Assembly: GCA_028023455.1 (NCBI GenBank)
Contig: JAQFVV010000002.1
Coordinates: 22,816,001 to 22,880,000, forward strand
Direction of reading: 5' to 3'
Origin: Epiperipatus broadwayi
Taxonomy: Eukaryota > Animalia > Onychophora
Length of the DNA stretch: 64,000 nt
Positions within the stretch are counted from its first letter, which is position 1, and every line of letters starts with the position of its first letter. Shown piece after piece: positions 52,410 to 64,000 of the stretch. The notes beneath the pieces are model-generated. The model ran no database searches, had not been told where the DNA came from, and saw nothing but the letters and a program-made list of their open reading frames with translations. The translations under genes were made by a program, and so were the position numbers.

Positions 52410-52869
52410 TAGAACACCATCATTACAAATCTTCAGAAAAAGACTAATTGTTATCTACAACTACAATTTGGAGTTTTATATTTAGTTTGAAACCAAAGCA
52501 TGGAGTCTCCAGAAATTAACTAATTCAATCATTTCTGGACATTCCTTGCTTTTATTTCATGTTAAATATAAAACCAAAATTTTAGTTGAAGAAAACAATT
52601 ATTTTGGGCTCTTTAATGCACACTACATTCTAAGATACTTTAGATTAGTCTATATAAGTGAATTTAGGTATAAAAAATAAGACAACCCCTCTTATCTTTT
52701 CAAAGTCTTTATCTTGTGCTTTGGCTTGAGAGCATCCTTTGTACTCAACAAAACACCAACGATGTATTAAAACAATATTACACTGCATGTGTATAGAGTG
52801 TAAGTCTCTTCTGATTAAATACTGTACTAGTAAATTAAATAGAAAAAATATTTCTTATAAAATGTTTTA

Positions 52870-53050
52870 AACAGGCAAAACTCTCCATACAGTAGTGCAA
52901 CCCTGTGCCAACCAGAGTAATCGATGGATGCCAGATCCCCATCTAGTGCCTACTCATTCAATACCCCTAGACTAGTTTCTGGCTTGTGGCTTTCATCAGT
53001 GAGACGCCTTGGATCTGAGAGCACTGCATCTAGATCTTAGAATCTAATGT
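52870..53050 (-). mobile_element. HHR retrozyme family 1, truncated copy (j)
   Basis: The core reads tctca CTGATGA aagccacaagcca GAAA ctagt C tagggg. A possible TSD aatgtttta is at 52861-52869 and 53046-53054. Confidence 0.8.
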
Positions 53051-55151
53051 TTTATATATATTATTTTAAATTTTTTAGTATTTGGATTTTTGAATTAGTC
53101 ATATTCAAATTTAAAAATTTACTTTTTAATGCACACTAAAAAATATTTTTGATTTATATTATTTTTAACTTTTTAGTATGGATATTTTTTTATATAATTA
53201 CTCCTATTGAAATTTGAAAATGAAAACAATATCGCCCTCTATAATGTGTGAAAGGAAATTTGCACACATTAAAAATCAATTGCAATATTATTTTGTTTAC
53301 CAAAGAAATGTTCAAAAATCAAGAAAAAATAAAATTTCTTCTACTTTAAAAAAAAACAACTTTTACAATCAAGCGAAATTAAGATTTACTTTTTCTATTT
53401 TAATTGTCCATTAACACTTTTTATATACAACAAACCAATTATAAACTTCTTTATAAACCTTGATTTATTATATGAACTATTATAAGTATAAAAATATATT
53501 CCAACATTTCAACTATATTCTTTTATAGTCTTTATTGAGGAACAACTAAAAAATACACACACAAAAAAAGCAATAATTCCATAATACATATAACAAATAC
53601 CTCTTACCTTAAAACTCTTCTAACAAACAATCTTAATTTTCATTACATTTGTTTCTTAAATACCTTTCTTAAAATAACCCTCTATAATTATTTAATTAAA
53701 TCAAACTAGTGTCCCCTTTTTCTTTTTTTGAGTTTTTTAGTGAAAACTTTTTATAAACAAAATATCACCATCTTATGCATATCATTGAAAACTTACTTAA
53801 CTGATATCAACATATTTGAAATCTACCCATCAACACCAATATACTAGACAACTCTGAAATATTTCATTGTTATTTTACACTACCATCAAACGTATAAAAT
53901 TTGACAGCCATCCATTAGATAAAAGTTGCTGTAAATTGATTACAAAATTTAACTTAAATAGTTTATAAATTAAATAAAAGCATTTAAAAATAAATTTAAA
54001 GCAAAACATCATTACTCTATACTATTAGCGTGAAATTATTTCACAGAAAAGAATTTAAAGTTTTATCTTTATAATAGCAACTATTGCCATCATAAATCTT
54101 TCATTTCCAACCAAATTTAGCCATTTAATAAAACTTAATTCTTGTATAATTTAACCTCATTTCACATTTCTAGTAATGGTACAGAAATCAAGATTTTTCA
54201 TTTGCTCATATTGGTAAATATTCATCATAAGATTTTGTGCATAAATTGTGAGAACTGCTGCACATATACCTTAAGAAACCGCACTCCACATGTTCAAATT
54301 TAATACATAACTAAAGTCTTATCTTTAGCCAGCAAATAAATTGAAAAAAGATATCTGGTAATTCTAAATAATGTATAAGTATGAAATCCTCTTGATACTT
54401 GCTGACTTAATTCATCGGCTAAAAACTGGTATCATCATTAATCATGATTTGGATTACTTTTAATTTGTATTAATATCTCATATATTTTAAATAAATTGAA
54501 AGAGAAAAGACTGCATTGAAGAACCACCGAATAAAAAAAATTTTTGAAGTAAAGACATTTCAGGAAAAATATAATCTAGTATATGATTAAATGAAATTCT
54601 AATTTGCATAAATGATAATTTTTGTTTAAGTAGAAAAAAAGGGGGAATTAAAAAAACTATTTACTTTCTGATTTAATATTATCCAGTCTTATTTTAATTG
54701 TAATAAAAAATAGAAAAAACATTTCTAAAGAAACTCTGGTATTGATCTAGTCAGCTATCTACATTTCCATTTTTATCTTTTATTAATTCCTTAAACAGTG
54801 CTTTGACATCATAAAAGAATACTGAGATGATTAATCAATCTTTTGACGATTTCTTAAGAAAAAATGGAAATTTATCATAGTAATGCTACAACTTAATTTA
54901 TAAATGCTATGGTGTCATCCAAAATCTCTTAGTATTAATTTTCAATGACAGGATCTTTTTTATGAACTTTTAGTATTTGGGTTTTTTTTTTAAATTTCTA
55001 AAAAAGGTCAATTTTAAGTTTTTATGGCTTATTTTGATTTTTTATTATCATAGTCATAATTGATTGATTTAGAGTAATTTGATTTGTAATTAATGTTTTG
55101 GAATTTTTATCTTGATTTTAAAAATTTCTACATCTTTCTTTTTTGGCTTTT

Positions 55152-55774
55152 TAAGTATAGAGGATTTGAACTCAGATTTTCAAGCACCCTTCAACTATCC
55201 ACACTATCTCATACAACTGATACACATGACCACACACATATAGAAAAGATTAATAATCACCAATATATGTATTTCATGCTAAACCAGCATTCATCAGTTG
55301 GTCCAGACTATCATCTCTTACACATATATATAATCAATGCTCAGTTTATATTAAGATAGCAAATCTTCATACTTTAATGGACAGGCTTCAATCCACTGCA
55401 ACCTCCAACTTTTCAGCCATCCATATCATTGAAAATCTGATGATGAAAACTCAAATCCCTGGCTGATGCTAATATTCTTGCCATGTCCATGTTGACCTGA
55501 AGTCACTCTGACCCCTCATGTATAGGACAGTATCCATTAAATACATATGAGGGATGGACAGGATACAAGCTTGATATGTAAATCTTTGAAAACCAGGCAC
55601 TCTTCACAAACCTGGGAACTTAATTGTAAGTATAGAGGATTTGAACTCAAATTTTCAAGCACCCTTCAACTATCCACACTATCTCATACAACCGATACAC
55701 ATGACCACACATGTAGAAAAGATTAATAATCACCAATATACATATTTCATGCTAAACCAGCACTCATCAGTTGG
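55152..55774 (-). mobile_element. HHR retrozyme family 3, tandem 1.3 monomers (475-nt period)
   Basis: aggatttgaa occurs at 55161 and 55636. There are two hammerhead cores and an approximate TSD tggctttt(t)aa at 55144 and 55775. Confidence 0.85.
55259..55302 (-). ncRNA. Type I hammerhead ribozyme, family 3
   Basis: The reverse complement reads accaa CTGATGA atgct ggttt agcat GAA ata ca tat A ttggt (AUA site). Confidence 0.82.
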
Positions 55775-55776
55775 TG
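55731..55776 (-). ncRNA. Type I hammerhead ribozyme, family 3
   Basis: The reverse complement reads caccaa CTGATGA gtgct ggttt agcat GAA ata tg tat A ttggtg; a G-U wobble replaces A-U in stem II. Confidence 0.82.
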
Positions 55777-56169
55777 GCTTTTTAAAAATGAGAGGGGGAA
55801 GTGGAAAGGAGAATCAGGTCCCCATCTGTACATTCACAAGCCATTAGATAGCATCTATTAAAAGAAGTATCTTAAAATCAGAAAAAATATTAAAATGATA
55901 ACAAGTAAAACAAAACAAATGTATCTCTTGAGAGATTTAAGTTTTATTTAAGTGAATTATTTATCAATTACTGTTTAATTTATATAGTCCATGTTTATTT
56001 AAATATTTCACCATTATTTTACTTCATTGGAATACTTCACAATCATTGTATACAAATTTAATTTTATTAAATTTATCAATTTCAAAATTACGCAAAAAAA
56101 AAAAAAATACTACAAATTATTTGGCAGGTTCTTTCTATTATTTTTGCTCTCAAACTACTTAACCATTCT

Positions 56170-56650
56170 TTATATCTAATGAAATATAACCATTCTCCTT
56201 TCAATTCTTTTCATACTTATCATTTACTTAGTTATCTTCAGAACATCTTTATCTGCTCATTATGCTTTTCATCTTCAGATAGAAGTACATTTTATAAGAA
56301 TGATTTTAAGTGTCAGATTTATTGGCTCATATTTTATATACAAAGATTTTTGATGAATTATTTCTGTTTTCAGGAAAATTATACATAAGCCATTTGCTAT
56401 TCTTGATCCAATAAGCTTCTAAAAGTAATTAAATTTCCATCTCACCCAGTTTGGTATATTCTTGAATGATAAAAACAAGCCTTTAACATTACTTAGTTAA
56501 CTCTAATTATATAATCTATTATTTTCCAAATCATTATCCATTGGAATATTCAACAAAAACCTGCTTATTCTCCATTGATCACATTACATCCTATCAATTA
56601 TATAACTCATGACAAATATTTAAATTTTCTTTATAATCATCACTCATCTG
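56170..56650 (-). mobile_element. RTE-like LINE fragment, decayed
   Basis: Purine-rich minus strand with endonuclease/linker-like remnants. Confidence 0.35.
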
Positions 56651-57089
56651 AAAATACAATTATAATAATCATAAACTTGTTTAGTGGTTCAGGTTATTAA
56701 GCGGGTATCCCGCGCGTCTTATTTGATTGGTCAAAATGGTTTTTTTTTTACGGACGTAAAAACTATAAGCATGATGTCATCAGAAATACGACATTTGGTA
56801 TGTCTCTGCCGTAGCTTTCTAAAGATGTCTTTAACAAAAAAATCTGATGAAATTTGGTTTTATTAATTTTTTCGTAACCGGCACATTTATTATTTTTTTT
56901 ATCAATTTTGTAATTTCCACGAAACGATAAAGATAGAAAACACTTATCGGCCTAAAAATACTCTGATTCACAAACAAGGCCTTCAATGGAGTCTAAATGT
57001 AAGCAGAATATCAGGCTTATAAGTATACAATTTTAATTTTTTTTAATTATTTGAAAAAATGATTTAATTTTTATCAATTTGAGTTTGTA

Positions 57090-57340
57090 GTGGTGTGTGA
57101 CTATATAAATTCTATATTTATTTATGCTCATATGAATTCATATCTATGGTAATTTTGTATATTCTAATCCACTTATTTTATAAAAATAATGATTCTCAAA
57201 AGGTTTATTATTTGAAAAATGATTTATTGGGTTTATGTTGGTGTGTGTAAATTCTATATTTATTTCTACTCTTATGAACGTTAATTTTGTGTGTTCTAAT
57301 CCACTTATTTTATAAAAATAATGATTCTCAAAAAGTTTTA
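57090..57340. repeat. Imperfect two-copy tandem duplication
   Basis: ttctaatccacttattttataaaaataatgattctcaaaa occurs at about 57163 and 57295. Confidence 0.7.
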
Positions 57341-58582
57341 ATAATTTATTAATATGTTTATATGGTGTGTTTGTGTTTGCAAGTAATGATTTACAAAACT
57401 AATAATCAAATGTTCAGAAAAGATTGCATATGCAGGCAAATAATCAAATTCTGATTCTTGCCTATGCCTTGATACTCATGCTGTGGAGTAACTCTAGTTT
57501 TGCTATATGTTTCAACACATTATTTTCAAGTCTATAGCTAAAAAATGGACTATATGCAAATAATTTATATCTTTGTGGGACAATAAATATAACAAAATAG
57601 CATCACTGGTGTGCATAAAGAATATAAACATCACTGATGGACACAACAAAATATAAAATGAAGAGAAGAAACTCATTTTATCAGTGATACAGACTAGCCT
57701 ACAATTTCTAGTTTTAGATAGACAAGAAGCCAATTGCATATCTATCTTCTGGAAATGTTTTTTTTTTATATCTTTTATTAGGATGAATCTTTTTCTTATA
57801 GATGCCTTTGACATTTGGGGTACAAAATAAAAATGAAGAATTCTTATGCGAATACTTTTGGAGATTCTGAAGCTATGGATTATCTCAGGTAAGACATATT
57901 ATATATTGTTTGAAAGATAATTTTGTGAGGAATACAAAGAAATTGTGACTGAAGATATAATTTAAACTTAATTAATAGTGAATTAGAAATTATGAACAAA
58001 CAATAAAGTAATAATTATTTCGGATGTTGAAATTTCTTTTTTTCCTTATTTTTTTAAATGGTTATCACTATTTGTCTTAGACTTGTTTTCCTTAGTTTTT
58101 CTAGTTTCTATTAATGTAAATCTTTTTGCTCTAACATAATTAAAACTGAAGTTATTGTGAAAATTGTGTCTCAACTCAGTTTTTTTAAAAAGTCTACATT
58201 GCGTTCTAGATCCAAGCAGTTAAATTAACATTCCAAACGTGAAAAAATCAGATAGTGGCCATTTATATTTTACATTTCAAACATTTTTATTACTTCTAAT
58301 TTTTCTAGTATACCTAAGCAGTTGCACTTAAAAAATTCACATGCTTTCCTTATATAATTAAGTGCTTTATTTTATTTCTACTTGTGATCTAATCATAATA
58401 TGCATTCTAAAAATGTTAATTTTATTACTTTAAATATATTCTATATACAGATATAGCTACTTATGATTTGTGCAGATGAAATTAACCATTCTGCCTGCAG
58501 GACAATCCCATTTCTTAATTTTTACATTTATAATTTTGAATGAAAATGGAAAGCAGTTTCTTTCACATACATATCAATCTTT

Positions 58583-58835
58583 ACAAATAAATCAAGTCAT
58601 ATGTCACATGACCTAATTTAATAAGCTTGTATTACAAATGTTATATATAGAGCTCACAAATAAGCTCTTAACAAGCTTTGCAGAATATCCCCAACCCCAG
58701 ATCAGTTTCTGCTACTGGCTTCCTCAGTGAGGTATTGGGATATTCAAGCACCTCGCTGAGGAAGCCAGTAGCAGAAACTGGTCTGGGGTTATTTTGCAAA
58801 GCTTGTTAAGAGCTTATTTGCGAGCTCTATATATA
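58583..58835. mobile_element. HHR retrozyme family 4, fold-back insertion
   Basis: An antisense arm 58583-58735 and a sense arm 58750-58835. The 12-bp TSD atatcaatcttt is at 58571-58582 and 58836-58847. Confidence 0.82.
58750..58789 (+). ncRNA. Type I hammerhead ribozyme, family 4
   Basis: acctcg CTGAGGA a gc cagta gc a GAAA ctggt C tggggt; predicted cleavage after C58783. Confidence 0.68.
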
Positions 58836-61800
58836 ATATCAATCTTTCTAATGGTATATGATTAAAAGATTAATTTGAATAATTTTAGTAATATTTCTTT
58901 TACTCACTGCTATTTGTCTTTCTGGTTGATCAACCAACCAACCTTACTTTCCCAAGTTACAAAACTGATAGTGCATCAAAAACTATAAATTTACCTTATT
59001 GCAAAATTAGAAATCTAATGAAATCGAAGAGATCTCCACATTGTACAGTCAATTAAGACTTTAGTAACACATAATATCAAATTTAGTAACTTTTTAATCC
59101 TTTATTATTTTCACAAATTTTGAAATTATTTCTCGTACTTTTTTTAATTAATAAAAAAAATAAATCATCAATTATTTACTACTTACATTTCTTATTTATT
59201 TCCAAATCAATAATTATATTTTTTAATGAATATATTCTACTCATAAAATGTAAATATACATTAAAAATAAATTAATAATTTAGCACTGGATATCTATGTA
59301 ATTACGTTGGAAATTAACCTTCAAATCTGTGCTGTTTGTTTTTCTTTCCATCTACATAATCGCATATATCCAGAATCAAACTATTATTTTTATTTATATT
59401 CTACATTAATAAACAATCACAGGTAATTAAAAATGACAAACTTTCTCTTCCCTGTGATATATCAACAAAATTTATACAATTCAGTTATCAATTAAAATAT
59501 CAGGCACGGATTACGACCATGCCCTGATTTAAGTACAGTCAGTAAAGGTTAGCTCAAGTGCTTAATTCACTCGTGTTTTAAAATTCTTACTGATGGGTGA
59601 GTGCATGTAGATTTATACACTAAAAATAAACAGCACGTTTCAAGGTTAATTTTCTTCTATATAAATACATCAAAAATAAAAGTTATTAATAAAAACGATT
59701 TTTTAAAGAAAATTTTCATCGTCAGCATGTTTTATCACATACATGAATTTCTATAACAAAAATGATCAATCAATGAATCATCACAATTTAGGTTTTAATA
59801 GCTTTAATGGTTTTTCATTTTGTATGGCATATATTTTAAAAAATGTAAATACTGTGATATGAATTTCATATATTTTATCTCTACTAGCTTAAAGACTAAA
59901 GGCATTCACTATCATAGATATATTTTCATATTAATAGGAAAATTATCATCTTATTCCATATCCTGCATTGTAATGGCTTAATTCAAAATATCTTCAGGTT
60001 AATATTTTCTTTTGCTTTCACTTAGTAGTTCTTGTAACGTTTCTAAAAACAACTATTATCATCTGGAAAAATTAATGATATATGAAATTTCCAGTCACTG
60101 TTATTCCCTTAGCTTCCCATTTTAATCGTGTTGTAATAATTTTGGATATGGAATCATCTTGCCATACCCTTATATTTTTCTTAGTTGTCACCATGTAATC
60201 TAATCACTGCTCTTGTATTTTATTAAATATACTTCAGAATTTTGAGAATATCTTAAGCTGATGTCGGATGTTTTAATGTTATTTGAAATGCTTATCCTAC
60301 AGTTTAATTCAAAACTGATCTTTGGGTTAAAAAAGAACTTAAAATATAGCCAAATGATTTTTAGATCAGTTTATTATGTTCTTTTTTATTAAGGAAGTTT
60401 GTTGAATTTTTTAAAAATATATTCACATTATTTCAGAGTACCTTTTCCTCATCAATTTTTTCTTTCAGGGCTTGACGATTTATTTTGCTACTGACAAGCA
60501 CTGTATTCATTCTCAAATCTTGCCATTAACGTTAGCGATTTCTAGAGTTCATTGTTTTAATAAGTATAACTAAACAATTAAATTTTATTTGTAAGCAAAA
60601 AAAAAAAGTTTTGTGTACTTTTCCAATTTCGAACACTGTTTTAATATTATAATGTATTTGAACAAATTGGGAGATGTCAGTTCGAATTAGCATCCATGCT
60701 ATACTCCATGAAAAAGTTGACAAATCATTCTGTAATTTATATACATTTTAGAAATCATTCAACAGCTATAATACAGCAATAGCAATTGACTACAAATATA
60801 ATAACCAATTGCCATTTATTGAAATTGGTTATGTTGCAGAATCTTTTTGTTTGTGTATATCCATTTATAAAAAAAATATGTGAATATATATTTGCACAAA
60901 CTAAATAATGATAGTTTAAACTAATGAACTTTAAAATCAGTTAATACTTTTTTAAAACTAGATGCAAATATCTTTTCACAACAATTTAAAAGGGTCTTAT
61001 ATGAAGTTATTTTTCTAAGTTATAGCTTTCTAATAAACAATTATTTGATATTGTTGGTTCTATTCATAAATTATCCTTTTCTAATTATAATTTTTTTTCA
61101 ATTACTAAAATTTAAAATATATGTTTATTCTTATCTCAAAAGAACATCACAATATGATTATATGGAATTAATGGAATAAACAACTCTCCCCTCAACATAA
61201 CAATCTATTCTTGATCTTTAATCGGGTGTTATTCATTCATAGCTGGAGGGAAGTGTTTTACTCCATTGATTCCATATATAGTAAATTATCTAATTTAATG
61301 TTTCCAATTATTAATTTCTGTTGCATTATTAAAACAAGCTCATTAAAGGTAACATTCAGGATGAAATATAATTAATTCAATAATTATTAATGCCATATTT
61401 TCATCTGGTTGATATATTGAATTCATTCTAAATTTCCATTAAGGTTAGTAGGAGTAAGTTTACAAATAACAAAAGCTTAAAGAATAGGTGGATCCATTCT
61501 ATTCTTGATTCTTTCTCAACAGTGTTATTTATTTATTGCCTCAGAAAATTGGTTTACTTCATTAATTATATATATTGAATAATACCAATTTAATGTTTCC
61601 AAACTTTATAAAAGAAACTAATACTTACTTTCAAAGACAATTACAACTGTTACTTAAATTACATATTGCTTACAAATATTACTAACAATTCATAGTTTAA
61701 ATTCTATATTTGTAATTTGTTAAAATAGATAAATAAAATAAAAAAAACATTTTTTTTGATTGAATGTAGGCTAGAATGGCTTTATTTCTCCATAAGAAGA

Positions 61801-62339
61801 GTACATATATATGTCTACAAATGGTAAAAAATTATTATCTGTAAACCTTCCATATTTTTTATTTACAATAATAAAAATTATAAATCAGGTCATTATATTC
61901 CATTTTTCTTTTGAATGGGAGAACTTTATTCTTCTATTTAAAAGGGAATATATGCCATTTAGCAGCTGTAAAGTAGAACATACTTAAGCCATCTGATTTT
62001 TCAATTTTATTAGTGCTCATATCTACTTTGCAACTTCATTATATCATCACAATTCACCCTTATTAGAATATAATATTACTTTCTCAAACATAGGGGCAAT
62101 TTTTATCTGTAAAACCTGTAGGATAGTAAATATCACACTACAAGGAATTTATAAATAATAATTAATGTTAGTACTGCAGCAATGTGATTTGCAAATTGAA
62201 TTCAAATTTTCCAATGCATTACTCTTTACATCATTTCACACAAGGTGGAGGCGATTACTTATTTACTTTAAAACAGGTTTAAATGAATGGGCAGTGGAGA
62301 TGATGAATTTAGAAAACAGGACAAAAATCTATTATGATG

Positions 62340-63850
62340 TTTTAATAAAATGACACAGGAGAATTTCCAGTCAGCTGAAATACAAGATTAAGACTTATTT
62401 AAAGGAAAGGATCATAAAAAGTTAAACAATTGTAAATATGAGTAGAAATACAGGTAGACATTTATATATGGTCTGTATAGATATAGAGAGAATATATGAT
62501 AGAGTAAATAGAAATAGATTATGGGTAAGGTTAGTAAATTTGGGAATGGAGTTTCAGTGGATCTCATTAAGAGATAGTATGAAAATAATTACTATACTTA
62601 TCAATTAGAAAATATAGAATCAGAGTTAAAAGTGGGTTGGGATTAAGACAAGAATGCTGTGTCACCTACTGTTTTTGTTATATTTGAGAGAAATGGAGAC
62701 CAATAGAAAGACTAGTGGCAAGGGAGTGTATTTTACCAGGTCTTTTATTTGCTGTTAAGTTCTTACACAGAAAGTAGAAAAGATATGGAAGTTATCCTGA
62801 AGATATGCACAAGGGTAGGTAAAGAGATGGGGATTAAATTTAGGGAAGAAAAATCAAAAGTAATGATGACAAATGCTGGGAAAAAAGAAGAGAAAGAATT
62901 TTTAGTGGGGAATATAAAGTTAAATGTGATAAATAGGTGTAACTATTTGGGAATCATCGTCAAATAATCAGAGAAATTGTTTGAATGGAGGAAAAATTGA
63001 TAAATAAAGAAAAAGGTCTGATAAAGAAATTAACAGTATTTTCATATAATAAATATGATGTAGCAAGAATTGCATGGGAGTGGCAGTAACAGGGTTAGGT
63101 TATGGTAATGATGTGTTAGTAAAGGAGTGTTAGATTACTTAGAAAAAGTACAAAGAAAAATAGAAAGACACATACATTAGATGCAGATGTGTGGATAGCA
63201 ATGTAGGCATTTCAAGAAGAAATGGGAAGATCAAGTTTTTATATGAGAGATGCAAAAAGGAAAATGCTCAGTTAATTGCAATTTATGGATAATAAGAAAA
63301 TAGCCAAAATAGTATTTACTTGGGTTATGAGTAAAGGACAGACAACAAGATGGGTGCGGAAGGTAGTATGATATGCAGAAGATTTGGATAAAGACTTTAT
63401 GTCAGTATACTTATACAAAAGGTGGGATGATTAGGTTAGAATTGTTGAGTGTTATAGTGGTAAGGAATAAGATAGAATAGAAGTATTGATAAAAAATAGG
63501 GAGTTGGAGAAAGTAAAGAGTTTAAATATATATAGAAGTGAAGAGAATATTGGGTGCGAGTTAAGCAAGGAAAGTAGTTTACTGTTTAAAGCTTGAACAA
63601 GATCACTAGCAACAAAGGAATATACACATAAATGGAGAAAGGTGGTTGATTTAGTCTGCAAGTTATGTAAGGAAGGCATGAAAAATATTAGGCATCTGTT
63701 AATTGAATGTAAATGCTTACAAGCAGAAAGGGTACAAATAATGAAGTTGTGGTAAAATAAATATAAACAAAGTGATTGTACAGAAAGTGGGTTTTTTGTT
63801 TTTATGCTGGGTTTGGAAAAAGGGAGATTTAGATATAAAGGCAATAGAGT
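62340..63850 (+). mobile_element. Non-LTR retrotransposon RT to C-terminal cysteine motif, decayed
   Basis: It contains GLGLRQ, NYLGII and C.LCKEG.KNIRHLLIEC. It is the same family as 5893-6273. Confidence 0.75.
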
Positions 63851-64000
63851 GAATAAAGATAATGTTATGGAAATGGGATGAAGCAGGAAAGAGAAGAATA
63901 TGGGAAAAACTTAGGATGGGGAATGAAAAGGGAAGGTGGCTAACAGGTTTCTCTGGGAATAGTGGATGAGAGATTCCTGACTCCGAGAAAGGAGAAGTCA

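Noticed and set aside
56680-57000. CpG-containing segment as a promoter or transposon end
   Set aside because: No TIR, TSD or downstream exon could be identified.
347-58847. All fold-backs as assembly or MDA chimeras
   Set aside because: Many are enclosed by 11-14 bp TSDs, arms differ by substitutions and ends recur near the same motif. The concern is kept only for 32560-33962.

Overview
This is AT-rich eukaryotic (metazoan, probably invertebrate; species not determinable) genomic DNA. The only host gene I can support is an ENKD1-like (enkurin domain) gene. Its last two coding exons (2015-2151 and 29736-29896, + strand) are separated by a 27.6 kb GT-AG intron. Most of the rest is decayed transposons: RTE, L1/Tx1 and Vingi-like LINE fragments, mariner/Tc1 and hAT relics, several MITEs and four tRNA-Gly-derived mini-SINEs. 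The main signal is at least four non-coding repeat families that each carry a type I hammerhead ribozyme (CUGANGA..GAAA, short palindromic stem III). Three have measurable monomers of about 455, 435 and 475 nt. Most are inserted as fold-back (inverted) pairs, many with 7-14 bp target-site duplications, and all four share a GRTCATGTG motif near their 3' ends. This fits non-autonomous retrozymes, probably mobilised by Penelope-like elements from circular or multimeric RNA. All structures were folded by eye and ribozyme activity is untested.
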